From a virus (lineage: Duplodnaviria > Heunggongvirae > Uroviricota > Caudoviricetes): 64,000 nt of DNA. The stretch lies in IMG/VR virus record IMGVR_UViG_3300027126_000001. One strand, given 5' to 3'. Shown one piece after another: positions 13,893 through 23,156 of the stretch. Position 1 is the first letter of the stretch; every line of letters starts with the position of its first letter. A model generated the notes under the pieces. It was not told the origin of the DNA and searched no databases. It saw nothing but the letters and a program-made list of their open reading frames with translations. Position numbers and translations under genes: made by a program.

Positions 13893-14918
13893 TTATTTTT
13901 TATATGTCGAAAGCGGTCTGAATAATTCTAACCATCCTTCAACGTTTTTGTTTAAAGCTTCGATTTGATCTGCCTCTAACATGTTTAAAAAAGTAACAAC
14001 CTGTAATGCCGGTGTTGGCTCTTTTATCTTATCTAATATATGAACTATTTCGTAATCTCCCAACCTTGGCTGTAAAAGATTCATTAATTCATAGTTAGTT
14101 TTTACCTTTTCCCATTCATATATGATTTTTGCAAAAACTTTCTTATCCTGTAATCCTTTTTCACAAACTTCATAAATATCCTCTAAAGAAAAGCCTGGTT
14201 TGTTCTCTAATCCTGGAAATTCTTTTATAAGTGTTTTAGGTCCTAACCCTTTTATTCCTGTAAGGTTATCTGAGTTATCACCTAGAAGTGCTTTCATTAT
14301 TAGGTAATTCTCAGGAATCATACCTATTTCTTCCTGTACCTCTTTTTTTCCATAGGTTTTTTTCTTGATAGGGGAATAAACCTCAATGTTTTCATCCACT
14401 ATTTGTAAAAAATCCTTATCAGAAGAAACGATTGTTACCTTCTTATTATTAGCTCCAAATTTCTGAGCTAGGTAAGATATGGTATCATCTGCTTCTATTT
14501 TGTCTATAGAGATTAAGGTGATAGGAAGGCATTGTAAGTATTCTACTAGTCTATGCATTTGCATAGTCATTGATGCGTACTCATCTTCTTTATCATCAAA
14601 CAGTTCCCAATTAGTAATCCTTTTAATGTTTCTATTTGCTTTGTATTCCGGGTCAATATTTTTTCTACTTGAAGAAGAAGCTTGTCCGTCAAATACGCAA
14701 ATGATTCTGGTAGGGTCAATTGTTCTCATCAAGAATCCTAACGATCTCAAGAAACCTACCAATCCTCCTGTATGATGGCCTTGAGGATTAATTGATTGTA
14801 GCATTGCAAAACTTCTAATAAACGTATTCATCGAATCTACAATAAGTACGTGATCATTTAGCTTTCTGTCAGGCCTTTTTTCTAATCCTTTTAGGATTTC
14901 ACTATAACTTTTTTCCAT
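13893..14918 (-). CDS. 5'-3' exonuclease (FEN/Pol I N-terminal/T4 RNase H-like)
   Basis: IVDSMN, FDG, EADD, SSDKDFLQ, GDNSDNLTGIKGLGPKT. Confidence 0.92.
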   Translation of the reverse strand: MEKSYSEILKGLEKRPDRKLNDHVLIVDSMNTFIRSFAMLQSINPQGHHTGGLVGFLRSLGFLMRTIDPTRIICVFDGQASSSSRKNIDPEYKANRNIKRITNWELFDDKEDEYASMTMQMHRLVEYLQCLPITLISIDKIEADDTISYLAQKFGANNKKVTIVSSDKDFLQIVDENIEVYSPIKKKTYGKKEVQEEIGMIPENYLIMKALLGDNSDNLTGIKGLGPKTLIKEFPGLENKPGFSLEDIYEVCEKGLQDKKVFAKIIYEWEKVKTNYELMNLLQPRLGDYEIVHILDKIKEPTPALQVVTFLNMLEADQIEALNKNVEGWLELFRPLSTYKK

Positions 14919-14920
14919 TT

Positions 14921-15508
14921 TTATAAATATTTCCACACAAACCCTCCTGCTGTTTTTTGTCTTCCTTTTAAACAATCTACTATTGTAGTTATACCTGTTT
15001 GTACTTTTGCTTTTTTGGCAGACGAGTATTTTGCCACAAAATCTCCACTTGGAGTCAGTTGCTGTACTGGTTTTGATCGTATCTCCGAAAGTACTTTCCT
15101 ACTTGCAAGCATTGCATCTGTTGGATTTTTATTCTTTTCTAGTAACGTATTTGAAACTTTTAAATTCTGTTCTTGTGTTCTTACTATCAATTTATTTCTT
15201 TCCGACGATATTTTTGCAGTAGATGCTTTTACCTCTTGGTAGATTTTTGCAGACTTTTTCTCTCCTACTCTATTTGCCATTCGCATAAATGCATAAGCTC
15301 TTGCTTGTGTAGCAGATACTGTATATAGTAGCAAATGTGATATATAATGCTCTTTTGCTGTTAACAATACTAGGTTTTCCTTTCTATTAGATCCTCCTTC
15401 ACTTCTAGGAATTATGTGGTGATTTTCGTAATAGATCCCTTGTCCTTTTTTTCTCTGCTCTTTTTTTGCTCGATCAATTATTTGATCATAAATTCTTTGA
15501 TAATTCAT
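14921..15508 (-). CDS. HNH homing endonuclease with C-terminal NUMOD1-like domain
   Basis: YYENHHIIPRSEGGSNRKENLVLLTAKEHYISH; KTAGGFVWKY. Confidence 0.85.
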   Translation of the reverse strand: MNYQRIYDQIIDRAKKEQRKKGQGIYYENHHIIPRSEGGSNRKENLVLLTAKEHYISHLLLYTVSATQARAYAFMRMANRVGEKKSAKIYQEVKASTAKISSERNKLIVRTQEQNLKVSNTLLEKNKNPTDAMLASRKVLSEIRSKPVQQLTPSGDFVAKYSSAKKAKVQTGITTIVDCLKGRQKTAGGFVWKYL

Positions 15509-15627
15509 AATAAAAAAAGCTTAGGTTTTCGGGGTAACGGACCCTACTCACCATAAGCTTTAGTTGATATTTTATGTATATTTGTAGCCGTTACCCTACA
15601 TATATAAATAGCAACTTTTATTAGTAA

Positions 15628-16704
15628 TTAATCATCACTTATTCCAATATCTCTAATATCCTCTCCTACTTCGGCCTCTACCGCTACCTCGAAGTCCATT
15701 GATCCTAAAATACCTGACCAGGTTCCTTTGTAAGTGTCTTTGTAGTTGTCGATAGCTTTCTTCTCATCTTCGATGAAACCGTGCTGGGTCATTACAATTG
15801 CACCTCTGGATTGAATACCATTGATGTGATTCTTCTCAACTTGAACTTTAGTCTTCTTAGCAAATTCATACTCCTTACCTTTGGCGATTGCTTTAATCTT
15901 AGAAGTGCCTGAGTTTGTGATATTACCGAATGTCACAATTAGAGTTGCATCATACCACATTGCCATTCCTCCTTTATTCTGAAGTTTAGGCTGTCCCATT
16001 GGATGCTCAGGTTTCATAGTCCATACCTTGTTGATTGCAACTAAAGTATTTGTGTACTTGCTCCCTTCTTTTCTTGATAACAAAACCTTCTGGTTTAGAT
16101 TATTTCCGAATTGAGTTGACATTGCTCCTGCATTCCATTCGTTATTGTTCTTATTTGACCTAACAGATAAGTCACATGGAACAGATCCAACTGAGTCCCA
16201 GAAAAAGCATAGGTCGTAAGGAAGGTTTCCTTTCTTTTGTTCATCAATTAAGTCTAGGATATATGCTGCTACATCTTCGATAGTATTTAAACTTCCCCTA
16301 TCTGCATATAAGAAGAATCCTTGATAGTCAGTAATCTCTCCTGTGTCCTCGTCAATCACTTCTTCTACTTCTAGTCCCATAGTTTGAGCATGTGGCCATG
16401 ACCATTTCATCTCAGTAATAATAAATACTGGTAGTATACCTCTTTTCTGTGCAGATACAGCAGCCTCAAGTAGAAGTGTTGTCTTACCTGTATCGGAATG
16501 CCCTCTTAGTAGGGTAATGTGTCCTGTTGGAATACCGGGTAAAGATACAATATCTTGAAAAGCTTTTGAAACAGGAATCCAATCCTGGGTTTTAAACTTG
16601 ACTGATTGTGAACTAAAGCCCTTATTCTTTTTGAATTTGTCTAAACTAAAACCGCCTTTGATTATTTCGCTAGCGGTTTTTGCTGTTTCTTTTTTTGCTC
16701 CCAT
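15628..16704 (-). CDS. recA: RecA/UvsX-like recombinase
   Basis: GHSDTGKTT, WDSVG, NKGGMAMWYDATL, KNHING. Confidence 0.85.
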   Translation of the reverse strand: MGAKKETAKTASEIIKGGFSLDKFKKNKGFSSQSVKFKTQDWIPVSKAFQDIVSLPGIPTGHITLLRGHSDTGKTTLLLEAAVSAQKRGILPVFIITEMKWSWPHAQTMGLEVEEVIDEDTGEITDYQGFFLYADRGSLNTIEDVAAYILDLIDEQKKGNLPYDLCFFWDSVGSVPCDLSVRSNKNNNEWNAGAMSTQFGNNLNQKVLLSRKEGSKYTNTLVAINKVWTMKPEHPMGQPKLQNKGGMAMWYDATLIVTFGNITNSGTSKIKAIAKGKEYEFAKKTKVQVEKNHINGIQSRGAIVMTQHGFIEDEKKAIDNYKDTYKGTWSGILGSMDFEVAVEAEVGEDIRDIGISDD

Positions 16705-16706
16705 TC

Positions 16707-17558
16707 TTAGTTGAATAAATCGTCAAATTTAGAAACTGTACTCTTGTTCCCTGCTGTTGCATTCTCTAGAGTGAAATCTGTTTTATTACTTCCCAAGGTT
16801 TTGTCTAAGTCAGTTTCCTCTGCTTGTACTGGTGCTGGTGCGACTGGTGCGATTGATTCTGCTGCTACTGGAGCCGGAGATGTTACTTCTTCTCCTGGGT
16901 TAAGGTACTCCTGTAATTTTTTCTTAATGAAGTCATAATCGTATTGAGTTTGTACTTCTAAAGCATTTGGTTGTTCTTTTAGCCATAAATCAACTTGCGT
17001 GTTATCGTCTGATAAAGCGGTTTGTTTAGGTTTAATACGAACTGTAGTAGTCGGGAATTGACCTGGTCCTGCTGCTGGTGTAGTTTCAACAACCATGTCC
17101 CATCCATTAATTACATCTGTAAAGTCCCCAATATCTTCATCCTCTGCTAAAGCCAATAATGCTTTATAGATGTTGATACCGAATGACCAAAGACGTACTC
17201 CTTTATCTTCTTCACCTCTTACAATAACAGGTGCAAAATATCTTGATTTAGGAGATAACTTTCCAGATAATGACCAGTTGTCTTTATCAGAAGTCTTTCT
17301 TAATTCTTTTACAAATTCTTCGATTGGATCTTGTTTGCCGTAATTCGACAATGACATCATAGGGAACTTCCCGATGTTGTAGTGCAGTTTCAATTCTGTG
17401 AAAGGATCTGCAGCATTAAAAGCTGAAGGTACAATTCTAATTGTTGATTTTCCGTTTGCAGGTCTCCAATAGATCTTATCGAAGTCTACTTTCTCACGGT
17501 CTTGATTTCCGGTGCTGTTTAGAGCGGCCAGTTTTGCTTTAATAGCATTAATGTCCAT
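16707..17558 (-). CDS. Single-stranded DNA-binding protein (gp32-like)
   Basis: WRPANGKSTIRIVP, GKQDPIEEF, acidic FDDLFN tail, next to recA. Confidence 0.8.
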   Translation of the reverse strand: MDINAIKAKLAALNSTGNQDREKVDFDKIYWRPANGKSTIRIVPSAFNAADPFTELKLHYNIGKFPMMSLSNYGKQDPIEEFVKELRKTSDKDNWSLSGKLSPKSRYFAPVIVRGEEDKGVRLWSFGINIYKALLALAEDEDIGDFTDVINGWDMVVETTPAAGPGQFPTTTVRIKPKQTALSDDNTQVDLWLKEQPNALEVQTQYDYDFIKKKLQEYLNPGEEVTSPAPVAAESIAPVAPAPVQAEETDLDKTLGSNKTDFTLENATAGNKSTVSKFDDLFN

Positions 17559-17592
17559 AATGTAACTGATTTTAATTAAAACTTTTATTTAT

Positions 17593-17625
17593 ATAATATA
17601 TGAAAAAAGTTGCAATAATACAACT
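17593..17625 (-). promoter_or_regulatory. Overlapping terminator and promoter
   Basis: AGTTG/CAACT hairpin plus T run; TTG-N20-TATATTAT. Confidence 0.7.
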
Positions 17626-18079
17626 ATAATTCTATAATTCTGAATAATTTTGTGTTGACTCTTTTTAGTTCTGCACCTTTTGTAAGTAGTATACAGTTTT
17701 GGTAGTCATTCCAATTCACTTTGTAGTTTGTATCTAAAATTCCTCCATTTAAGGACTCGATTAGACGGTTCAGTGAATTAATTGTGTATAGTGTATTTGA
17801 TTCCTTCTTTCTATGTACTAGTATAGTATTTTCTAAGAAATTAGAAACGTTTCCAAATTCTACGTTATATGTACAGATATATTCATCTTGGCTCTTTGAA
17901 TAAAGAACGAAAATTTTGTTATAAATGATCTTATACTTGTTCTGTATTGTACTTAAAATCTCCTCTAACTGCTGTTCTGAAGAAAAAGTACAAAATAACT
18001 TGTTGCTCATGTCGGCTGCATTAAAATTGTATTCGATATCGTAATCGAACATTACTGGCGTTACATTATTCTGTATCAT
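17624..18079 (-). CDS. Conserved hypothetical protein
   Basis: 151-aa ORF between polymerase and SSB. Confidence 0.75.
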   Translation of the reverse strand: MIQNNVTPVMFDYDIEYNFNAADMSNKLFCTFSSEQQLEEILSTIQNKYKIIYNKIFVLYSKSQDEYICTYNVEFGNVSNFLENTILVHRKKESNTLYTINSLNRLIESLNGGILDTNYKVNWNDYQNCILLTKGAELKRVNTKLFRIIEL

Positions 18080-18098
18080 TTATAAATATGTTTTTATT

Positions 18099-19424
18099 TT
18101 ATAAAACTAAATTGTTACTGTATTTAAACTTTACAGGGTACTTACCTCCCTGATTCATTATTTTCTCTAAAGATTCCAGTGTTTCCTTGCCGTCTGATTT
18201 ATCGAAATCAAATACAAAAGCATCATAAGTATAGAGGGCTAATTTACTTTCCTTATCTTGAAGAAACATAAGCACATCTTTTAATATAAGAATATTTCTT
18301 GAGGTTTCCAAGCTCTGCATCATATAGTTCATAAGCTTTTGAGGATGCATATCTGGGAGGTTTTGTGTAAATCTTTTTCCTGATATTGGATCTTCTACAT
18401 ATCCTTGTTCTTTAAATTGCTTCCAGAGGCCGTTTATATAATTCTGAATCTTATCAAAGATTTCTAAAAAAGCATACTCAGGTGGAATCTTTCCATAAAT
18501 GGCGTGAAAGTTAATCTGTTTTGCTTTTGTATACTCATCTTCAGCTATTTCATCTTTTCCGAAATAAAGTCTAGCTAATTGTATATGTGCCGACTCATCT
18601 GTTAATTCATACCCGATCTGTTCACATAATAACCTTAAATGGTATCCGTCAAAGTCCATTTCTACAAATACATCGTTTTGAGGAATGATTGCTTTTCTAA
18701 ATTCAGGTGCTTTTGGTATTGCTGCAAAATTTACCGAATTAAAAGCATTTGTTGGACGAGAGGTTGTATTGTAGAGGTTATATGAAGTATAAATTATATT
18801 ATTGTCAATACTGTAGACAGGATTGTTTGGTTTAAACAGTTCTAGGAAAGATTGATATGTTATTCTCAATCCAGCTCTCTCAATCATAAAGAAAACAGAC
18901 GTTGCAGTTTTATTGTAAAAATCAAAGCCATTTGGTATTGTAATATGCAATATCTTTTCTAAATACTTATAATTCTCCTCACATTTTTCAAATAGTTTTG
19001 ATATTGGAATTATAGCATTTATTTCTTTAAAATCATGAAAACGGTTGTAGTACCAGTTGCAAGTTGAATTAGATCTTGGAAGTTCAAGCCTATTGAAGGA
19101 AGTCATTGAATAAAGTAGGGAAAGATCTATGACATCCTTTGTTATAAAGTGGTACATTAATTCTTTCTTATCAAATGTATAAAGTGTTATGTACTCCTCT
19201 AATATATCAGAGACACGTTCTTTTGTTAGATTTAATCCTTCGTCATGACTTACCGGTATTATGTATCCTTCGTGATGATCTAAAGGCCTTAAGTAAACTG
19301 CTACAGTGGTTGTAAGAAGTGGGTGGTAGTTATCATTTGAAGATATAACTTCTACATAACCTCCTTTCTTTCCTAATTTTTTTAGAAGCTCTATTTGCTC
19401 CTCTGACTCTACTATATAAAACAT
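18099..19424 (-). CDS. Family A DNA polymerase (short, 441 aa)
   Basis: Motif A EMDFDGYHLRL, motif B AKQINFHAIYG, motif C variant YTYDAFVFD. Confidence 0.85.
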   Translation of the reverse strand: MFYIVESEEQIELLKKLGKKGGYVEVISSNDNYHPLLTTTVAVYLRPLDHHEGYIIPVSHDEGLNLTKERVSDILEEYITLYTFDKKELMYHFITKDVIDLSLLYSMTSFNRLELPRSNSTCNWYYNRFHDFKEINAIIPISKLFEKCEENYKYLEKILHITIPNGFDFYNKTATSVFFMIERAGLRITYQSFLELFKPNNPVYSIDNNIIYTSYNLYNTTSRPTNAFNSVNFAAIPKAPEFRKAIIPQNDVFVEMDFDGYHLRLLCEQIGYELTDESAHIQLARLYFGKDEIAEDEYTKAKQINFHAIYGKIPPEYAFLEIFDKIQNYINGLWKQFKEQGYVEDPISGKRFTQNLPDMHPQKLMNYMMQSLETSRNILILKDVLMFLQDKESKLALYTYDAFVFDFDKSDGKETLESLEKIMNQGGKYPVKFKYSNNLVL

Positions 19425-19441
19425 TTTCTATAACCTTTTAT

Positions 19442-19480
19442 ATAATATAAGAAAAAAAGCCTGCATAAGCAAGCCTTCTT
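19442..19480 (-). promoter_or_regulatory. Overlapping terminator and promoter separating late and replication modules
   Basis: AGGCTTGC-TTAT-GCAGGCTT plus T run; TTG-N20-TATATTAT. Confidence 0.75.
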
Positions 19481-20155
19481 TTATTTCTTTGTATCAAAAT
19501 TTGCCTTTCGGGAATTTTCTAGTTCTAGTCCTGGGTCTTGTATTATAATTGTGTTTGAGGACAGTTCGTTTAGTGTTACAGGTATAGGCTCTTCGACAAG
19601 TAGCGAATAGTCTGTTATAAATATCGAGATTCCTGGCATGTTCTTTTCTAGTGCTGTAATAGCTTTTCTATTTTTAGATGCTGCTCCTTCGTACGGATAC
19701 CCACTTAGGAATGTGTCTTGTGCCGGTCCTTTGATTATCCAGTCTGTTTGCACAAACCTCTTGTTAGGTAGTTCTCTCTGTGCTTGTAAATAGAGTTCTC
19801 TATCTGTCTCTATAATTTTGTTATCATTTTTATCTTGAATAAAGTACCTTGTAGTAAAACCGTTTTCCTTGTCTATTGAGGATGTTTTTGGTTTGAAGAA
19901 TCCTTTGGCTAAAGCTGCTAATAGCGCAAATATACTTGCTTTTGCTCCTTTGTTTACGATACCTTCCGTTTGTACTTTTAAAATTTCTGCTCCTCCTTGT
20001 TGTGGAGATTTTCCTGAATAAAATTTTCCCCTAGAAGCTTCTATATAAAATCCAATGTAGTCTTCCCCGGTATCTCTTGTCTTATACTCCCCTCCTGAGG
20101 TGTATTTAGGTTCCGTGTAGCTGGTTTTTGGTATGTATCTTTTAAACTTTGACAT
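19481..20155 (-). CDS. Hypothetical baseplate-region protein
   Basis: 224-aa ORF ending the tail operon. Confidence 0.7.
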   Translation of the reverse strand: MSKFKRYIPKTSYTEPKYTSGGEYKTRDTGEDYIGFYIEASRGKFYSGKSPQQGGAEILKVQTEGIVNKGAKASIFALLAALAKGFFKPKTSSIDKENGFTTRYFIQDKNDNKIIETDRELYLQAQRELPNKRFVQTDWIIKGPAQDTFLSGYPYEGAASKNRKAITALEKNMPGISIFITDYSLLVEEPIPVTLNELSSNTIIIQDPGLELENSRKANFDTKK

Positions 20156-22854
20156 TATGATAAATAATCTTTTGGTTTTGTAAGTTTGGTTACTTTAGGG
20201 TAATTTTTCTGCAGGCTTGCCACTACACTTCCTATATACCCATTTGTATCATTTTCGTTAGGCGGTGCATAGGTATACATAAATTGTGCTATCGTAGGAG
20301 GAGTTCCTGCTTTCCATTTTTGACTTTTTTCTATTAAGTTCTGATTACCAGATGTAACTGGCATTTTTCCCGTGCTCCACTTCTTGATTTTTTTTTCAAC
20401 CAATGCTTGTGCACCCTTTTCTGCAGTAGAAAATCTTGCAAATCTACCTCCTGGCTCTATGATTACTTTTGGATCTATTGCTTTTAGGGATTCACTGTAA
20501 TCTAAGTTACCTGGGTTGTTATTTCTATATGATCTTGATCCTTTACCTCCGTTCACATTCGGCAACCACCCTTCTTTAGTTCCTATAACAAGTGCAAATT
20601 CGTATTCGAAAGTACCTGCTGTATATCCTGCATTCTTTAATACTGTTCTCAGTAATGCACTCCCCTTAACCGGTGCAGAGGTAAGGCCTTGTCTCTCTGT
20701 TGTTGAAACACCTGTAGCTGACTGGTTGTCGTTAAAATCTCCTGCTGTCTGGATCTTATCTCCTGGTTTAAGTACAATTGTCTGTGCTTTTAACTGGGTT
20801 GTCCATTTATTACTTCCTATTGTATGGTCTACTCCTGTTACAATAAATCCTAATACTTGATCGTACTTATCTGGCATTATACCTTTATTTATTTTGAAGG
20901 CTTGTCCAATTTTAATGCCCGATATTCCTTCCATGTCGATATTAACCTCAAATGGAACAATTCCTGCCGGTCCTGCTGTTGTTCCTGATGCTGCTGACTC
21001 CTCTGTATATGTCTGAATATATGTTTTGGTGAAATCCGCGTAATCAACCCTTGCAGCAGTAAACTTTTCTGGGTCGTATTTTCCTGAATAAAATTCTTTC
21101 AGTGTTGCAAATGTTTTATTGTACCTTTCCGCTTGTTGCTTCTTTCTCTGTTCCTCAACACTTTCCTTTGAAGAAGCATCTGCAGTTGTGTTTATAAACT
21201 TACTGCCTAAGATTCTATCAGTCAATCCTTCGTTCCATCTAAATAAAGCTTCAGCTTCTATACCTACATCTGAGCCGTTGTTTTGAGCAGAAACTGCTAC
21301 CATTGTACTCAGTGCTGGCGATAATTTAGTTGTAAAGTCAAAATTTGTTAGAGTTGATTTTAGTCCTGTTACATTTAGGGTAGGAGTCTCTTCTTCTGAG
21401 TCTGAAGTTCTAACTTTTCTGTCTACTATATAGTATGTAAATTCATCTTCTTCGTAATGTAATGCTAACTCGTTATAGTCTCCCCCTAGTGCATCGGTGA
21501 TTTTTGGTAATATCCCATCAAATAACTTTATCAATGTTCTACTTCCTTTTTCCGGAGTATTTACGAGTGTTGTAATTGCTTCTCCAAGTATATTTACATT
21601 AACCCATATATTTAAAATCTCATCAGAAGACGTTCCGTTTAATGTCCCCCTTAGTGCTTCTATAATACTCGGGTATAGTTGCCCAGAAGCCCATTTCTTT
21701 GTAGAAGGGGATAGTATTAAACAAGTACCTGGATCACTTGATACGTGGTAGTCGTATGTTCTATACCTACATAACTGTATGTCCGACTCTTCTCCTATTT
21801 TAGCAATTTTTGTATTTAGTTTTATTACAGACTTCTTATCTTTGTCACAAGGTAGTATAGCGTTAACCAATGCACAGAAACTACCAAGTTGCATATACAC
21901 AAATTTATTTGGCGATTTTGTAGCTGACTTTGCATCCACCGGGGTAAGGGTTTCTACAGCCTGTTGTGCTATATTTATACCTGTTATTCCGTTTACTTTT
22001 TCATAATTTTCAATGAAATTTTTATGCTTAGTCTTTAAAGTTTCGTACACATTTCCTACTCCATCGGTAGTAGCTTTTTCTATAAGAGTCTTAAAAGCTG
22101 CTTCTAACATGGTAGCACTTACAGTCTTCCCTTCCTCTTCTTGGTTACCTGGAAATGTTCCTGTTCCGACATCTATAGTTAAAGATTCTATAATCTCTCC
22201 GATTGATATTAATGTTGTTGTACAATCATACCCTCCATCCTGTCTATACTTCCAAGAAAAGTTTTTTATGAATCCAAATATACCGTCGTAGTTATATCCT
22301 GAATCTTGCTTTAATTTATTAATTTCTTTGTAGATATCTTCCTTTGTTGTACCTTCTGTAAACATTGAAGATACTGTACTCGGTGTTGTCACAAAATTGT
22401 CTACTCCCTTATAGTATACACTATGTCCCCATTCCAGTAAGGCTGAGAATCCCGGTCTCATGTACAGTAATTCTAATTCCTGTAGTTGTGAAACATCCCA
22501 ACAGTTAAATGTAATTGTAGCTTCTTTTAAAACTCCAAACCTGTTAATGGCACGAATCTGTACTCCTGTAATACCTGGCATAGGTCTAAACCCTAATCCA
22601 GCTGAGAAGTTACTATATGTCTTATCCCCAAATCTTCCTTTAGTTCCTCCTATAAATACGTACTTGTTTGCTAGTTCACTAGATCCTCCGGCATTCACCG
22701 AGGATGTTAGTTTTACCCATCCGGTTTTGCTGTTTAGGTATTGTATGTTTTGATCTGTTCTACCTTCTTTTTTAGAAAAGACATCACTTCTCAAATTTAA
22801 CTGATTCAATACTTCCTTGTCAAAAGGACCTCCTATAACTTTACTGCTTGGCAT
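20155..22854 (-). CDS. Baseplate hub-like protein with C-terminal putative peptidoglycan hydrolase domain
   Basis: Position after LysM gene; hub-like GFIVTGVDHTIGSNKWTTQL; RSYRNNNPGNL...ARFSTAEKG...YAPPNENDTNGY. Confidence 0.7.
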   Translation of the reverse strand: MPSSKVIGGPFDKEVLNQLNLRSDVFSKKEGRTDQNIQYLNSKTGWVKLTSSVNAGGSSELANKYVFIGGTKGRFGDKTYSNFSAGLGFRPMPGITGVQIRAINRFGVLKEATITFNCWDVSQLQELELLYMRPGFSALLEWGHSVYYKGVDNFVTTPSTVSSMFTEGTTKEDIYKEINKLKQDSGYNYDGIFGFIKNFSWKYRQDGGYDCTTTLISIGEIIESLTIDVGTGTFPGNQEEEGKTVSATMLEAAFKTLIEKATTDGVGNVYETLKTKHKNFIENYEKVNGITGINIAQQAVETLTPVDAKSATKSPNKFVYMQLGSFCALVNAILPCDKDKKSVIKLNTKIAKIGEESDIQLCRYRTYDYHVSSDPGTCLILSPSTKKWASGQLYPSIIEALRGTLNGTSSDEILNIWVNVNILGEAITTLVNTPEKGSRTLIKLFDGILPKITDALGGDYNELALHYEEDEFTYYIVDRKVRTSDSEEETPTLNVTGLKSTLTNFDFTTKLSPALSTMVAVSAQNNGSDVGIEAEALFRWNEGLTDRILGSKFINTTADASSKESVEEQRKKQQAERYNKTFATLKEFYSGKYDPEKFTAARVDYADFTKTYIQTYTEESAASGTTAGPAGIVPFEVNIDMEGISGIKIGQAFKINKGIMPDKYDQVLGFIVTGVDHTIGSNKWTTQLKAQTIVLKPGDKIQTAGDFNDNQSATGVSTTERQGLTSAPVKGSALLRTVLKNAGYTAGTFEYEFALVIGTKEGWLPNVNGGKGSRSYRNNNPGNLDYSESLKAIDPKVIIEPGGRFARFSTAEKGAQALVEKKIKKWSTGKMPVTSGNQNLIEKSQKWKAGTPPTIAQFMYTYAPPNENDTNGYIGSVVASLQKNYPKVTKLTKPKDYLS

Positions 22855-22859
22855 TTTTT

Positions 22860-23156
22860 CTATCTATTAAGGTTTATATAGTTACTCACTGCTAAGTCTT
22901 TATCGGCAGGTATTCTAATCTGAACTCCTGGCTGTACTATTAATGATGCTTTTTCAGAAGTATTTGCAGCTGCGATTATCCACCACAAAGTGCTGTCTCC
23001 GTAGAACTGCTGTGCTAACCTATCATACCTATCTCCTGCTGTTGTTATTATATAAAAGTCTTCAGAGGTTGGAGGTATTTCTGGATATAGTGTTGTTCTC
23101 CTATAAGGCTTTCCTGTAGGTGATTTTGTTAAAGGTACTGTGTCGTATCGTTTCAT
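22860..23156 (-). CDS. LysM-like baseplate protein (P2 gpX-like)
   Basis: GDRYDRLAQQFYGDSTLWWIIAAAN...GVQIRIP. Confidence 0.85.
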   Translation of the reverse strand: MKRYDTVPLTKSPTGKPYRRTTLYPEIPPTSEDFYIITTAGDRYDRLAQQFYGDSTLWWIIAAANTSEKASLIVQPGVQIRIPADKDLAVSNYINLNR

